DNA of 64,000 nucleotides from assembly GCA_963575745.1 (NCBI GenBank), contig CAUYUJ010000115.1:1-64000 (forward strand), in the 5' to 3' direction. Position 1 is the first letter of the stretch, and each line of letters opens with the position of its first letter. The notes below the pieces were generated by a model. It did no database searches and was not told the origin of the DNA. It was given only the letters and a program-made list of their open reading frames with translations. The stretch is from Prorocentrum cordatum (taxonomy: Eukaryota). The position numbers and the translations under genes were made by a program. Below, piece by piece: positions 62,741 through 64,000 of this stretch.

Positions 62741-63304
62741 TCCTCCTCCTCCTCCTCCTCCTCCTCCTCCTCCTCCTCTCCTCCTCCTCTCTCCTCCTCC
62801 TCCTCTTTCTCCTTCTCTCCTCCTCCTCCTCCTCCTCTCCTCCTCCTCCTCCTCCTCCTCCTCCTCCTCCTCCTCCTCCTCCTCCTCCATCCCCCTTGGG
62901 GGGCGCCGTGGCGATCGCGAGATGATGGAGCTCCGGGCATGCTCGCGCCGTGCAGAGATGGCACCTGGAGGTGCTCCGCCGTCTTCGGCCTCCAGGGGCC
63001 CTCGCTGGGCCCCGGGACTGTGAGACAACGATCCGGGACGAGCAGCCCACCATGGGAAAGGGGTCGGGCCTTCCAGGGGCCCCCTCTTGAAAATTCAGAT
63101 CGGGCCGGGCGAAAGGGGGGGATTGGGACGAAATTTGCTGCATGCAGCTGGTTTCGGCCTCACCGAGGGGCCCATTCCTCGATACATAGCCGCCTCCGGC
63201 GCCGGGAGGCGCCGGGAAAATCAGCTACGTGAGCTGATTCTCAAACCCCCCCTTTGCTATCCCCCCCTTTCGCCCGACCCGATCAGAACATCGGATATCT
63301 GGGC

Positions 63305-63520
63305 TGGGCGCCGTGGCGATCGCGACCTGATGGAGCCGGCGGAGAGCCCTCAGAGCTGGGTGTCACCAGAAAAGCATCGCGACGGCCGGTTCCGTTCGTG
63401 GACGAGGCCCGCCGGCAATATCCCCGCCCATTTTGAGCAGGAGCTGTTGTCGGTGTCGCCGCGGACGCTGTCCATTCGAGGCAGAAGGCCCCTTCCCATG
63501 AGCGGCAGCGGTCGGACTCG
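63305..63520 (+). CDS. Candidate exon, unknown protein
   Basis: Plausible coding frame RRGDRDLMEPAESPQSWVSPEKHRDGRFRSWTRPAGNIPAHFEQELLSVSPRTLS; boundaries unclear. Confidence 0.3.
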
Positions 63521-64000
63521 GGAAGCACTTGCGTTTTGGCATTGCACACATTCTCTGGTACATCAAGAGATAGCAAACCACCCCCACATCCACCACGATC
63601 ATCTTAAAACCTTTCCTGGCAGGCCTGTAGATGTAGTCGACGCTCTCTGACGTCGAAAAGATCAATTCGCCAAATTGTTGGGGCCATGAGTCGTTTGATC
63701 GCCCAGTTCTCATGTTTATCAACCCGATTCTGCGTTTTATCGCATTCGCGTTTTCGTATACATGCCATGAGTTGATGGAGCTGGAGGGGGGGCCCTCAGA
63801 ACGGGGCGTCGCCAGACACGCATTCGCGATGGGCATGTTGCCCCACATACAAGGTTGGTTTTTGTTTTCTCTGCACGCCTCCGCGCAGGTTTTTCCGACA
63901 CCTCACCTCCTTTCCCGCCTCCGATCACCAGGTTCTCACACCCACCATCGCCAACCTGGCCATCATCATCGCACCCGCATTTTCATTTCGGTCATGATCA

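Overview
GC-rich, repeat-dominated eukaryotic DNA, most likely a dinoflagellate (Prorocentrum-like). The evidence is relict dinoflagellate spliced-leader (DinoSL) copies, an alveolate-type P1 protein and dinoflagellate-style PPR repeats. Most six-frame ORFs are artefacts of microsatellites and satellites. Supported content: (1) three intronless 60S acidic ribosomal protein P1 genes in a same-strand array, each preceded by a relict DinoSL; (2) a decayed PPR retro-pseudogene behind a near-complete DinoSL; (3) a ~6.3 kb disrupted non-LTR retrotransposon (~47980-54238) reading as one polyprotein: ORF1-like domain, OTU-like cysteine protease, RGRGG, zinc fingers, 2A-like GEAANPGP, APE endonuclease, RT and CCHC. 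This is the best candidate for an under-described system, a self-processing LINE polyprotein; (4) an older decayed APE-LINE (~22960-27000) and smaller RT remnants; (5) several MITE-like families, a triplicated TIR-bounded unit, hairpin minisatellites and a 77-90 bp satellite family with shared head and tail sequences; (6) scattered candidate short exons. All calls are by eye, with no database searches.
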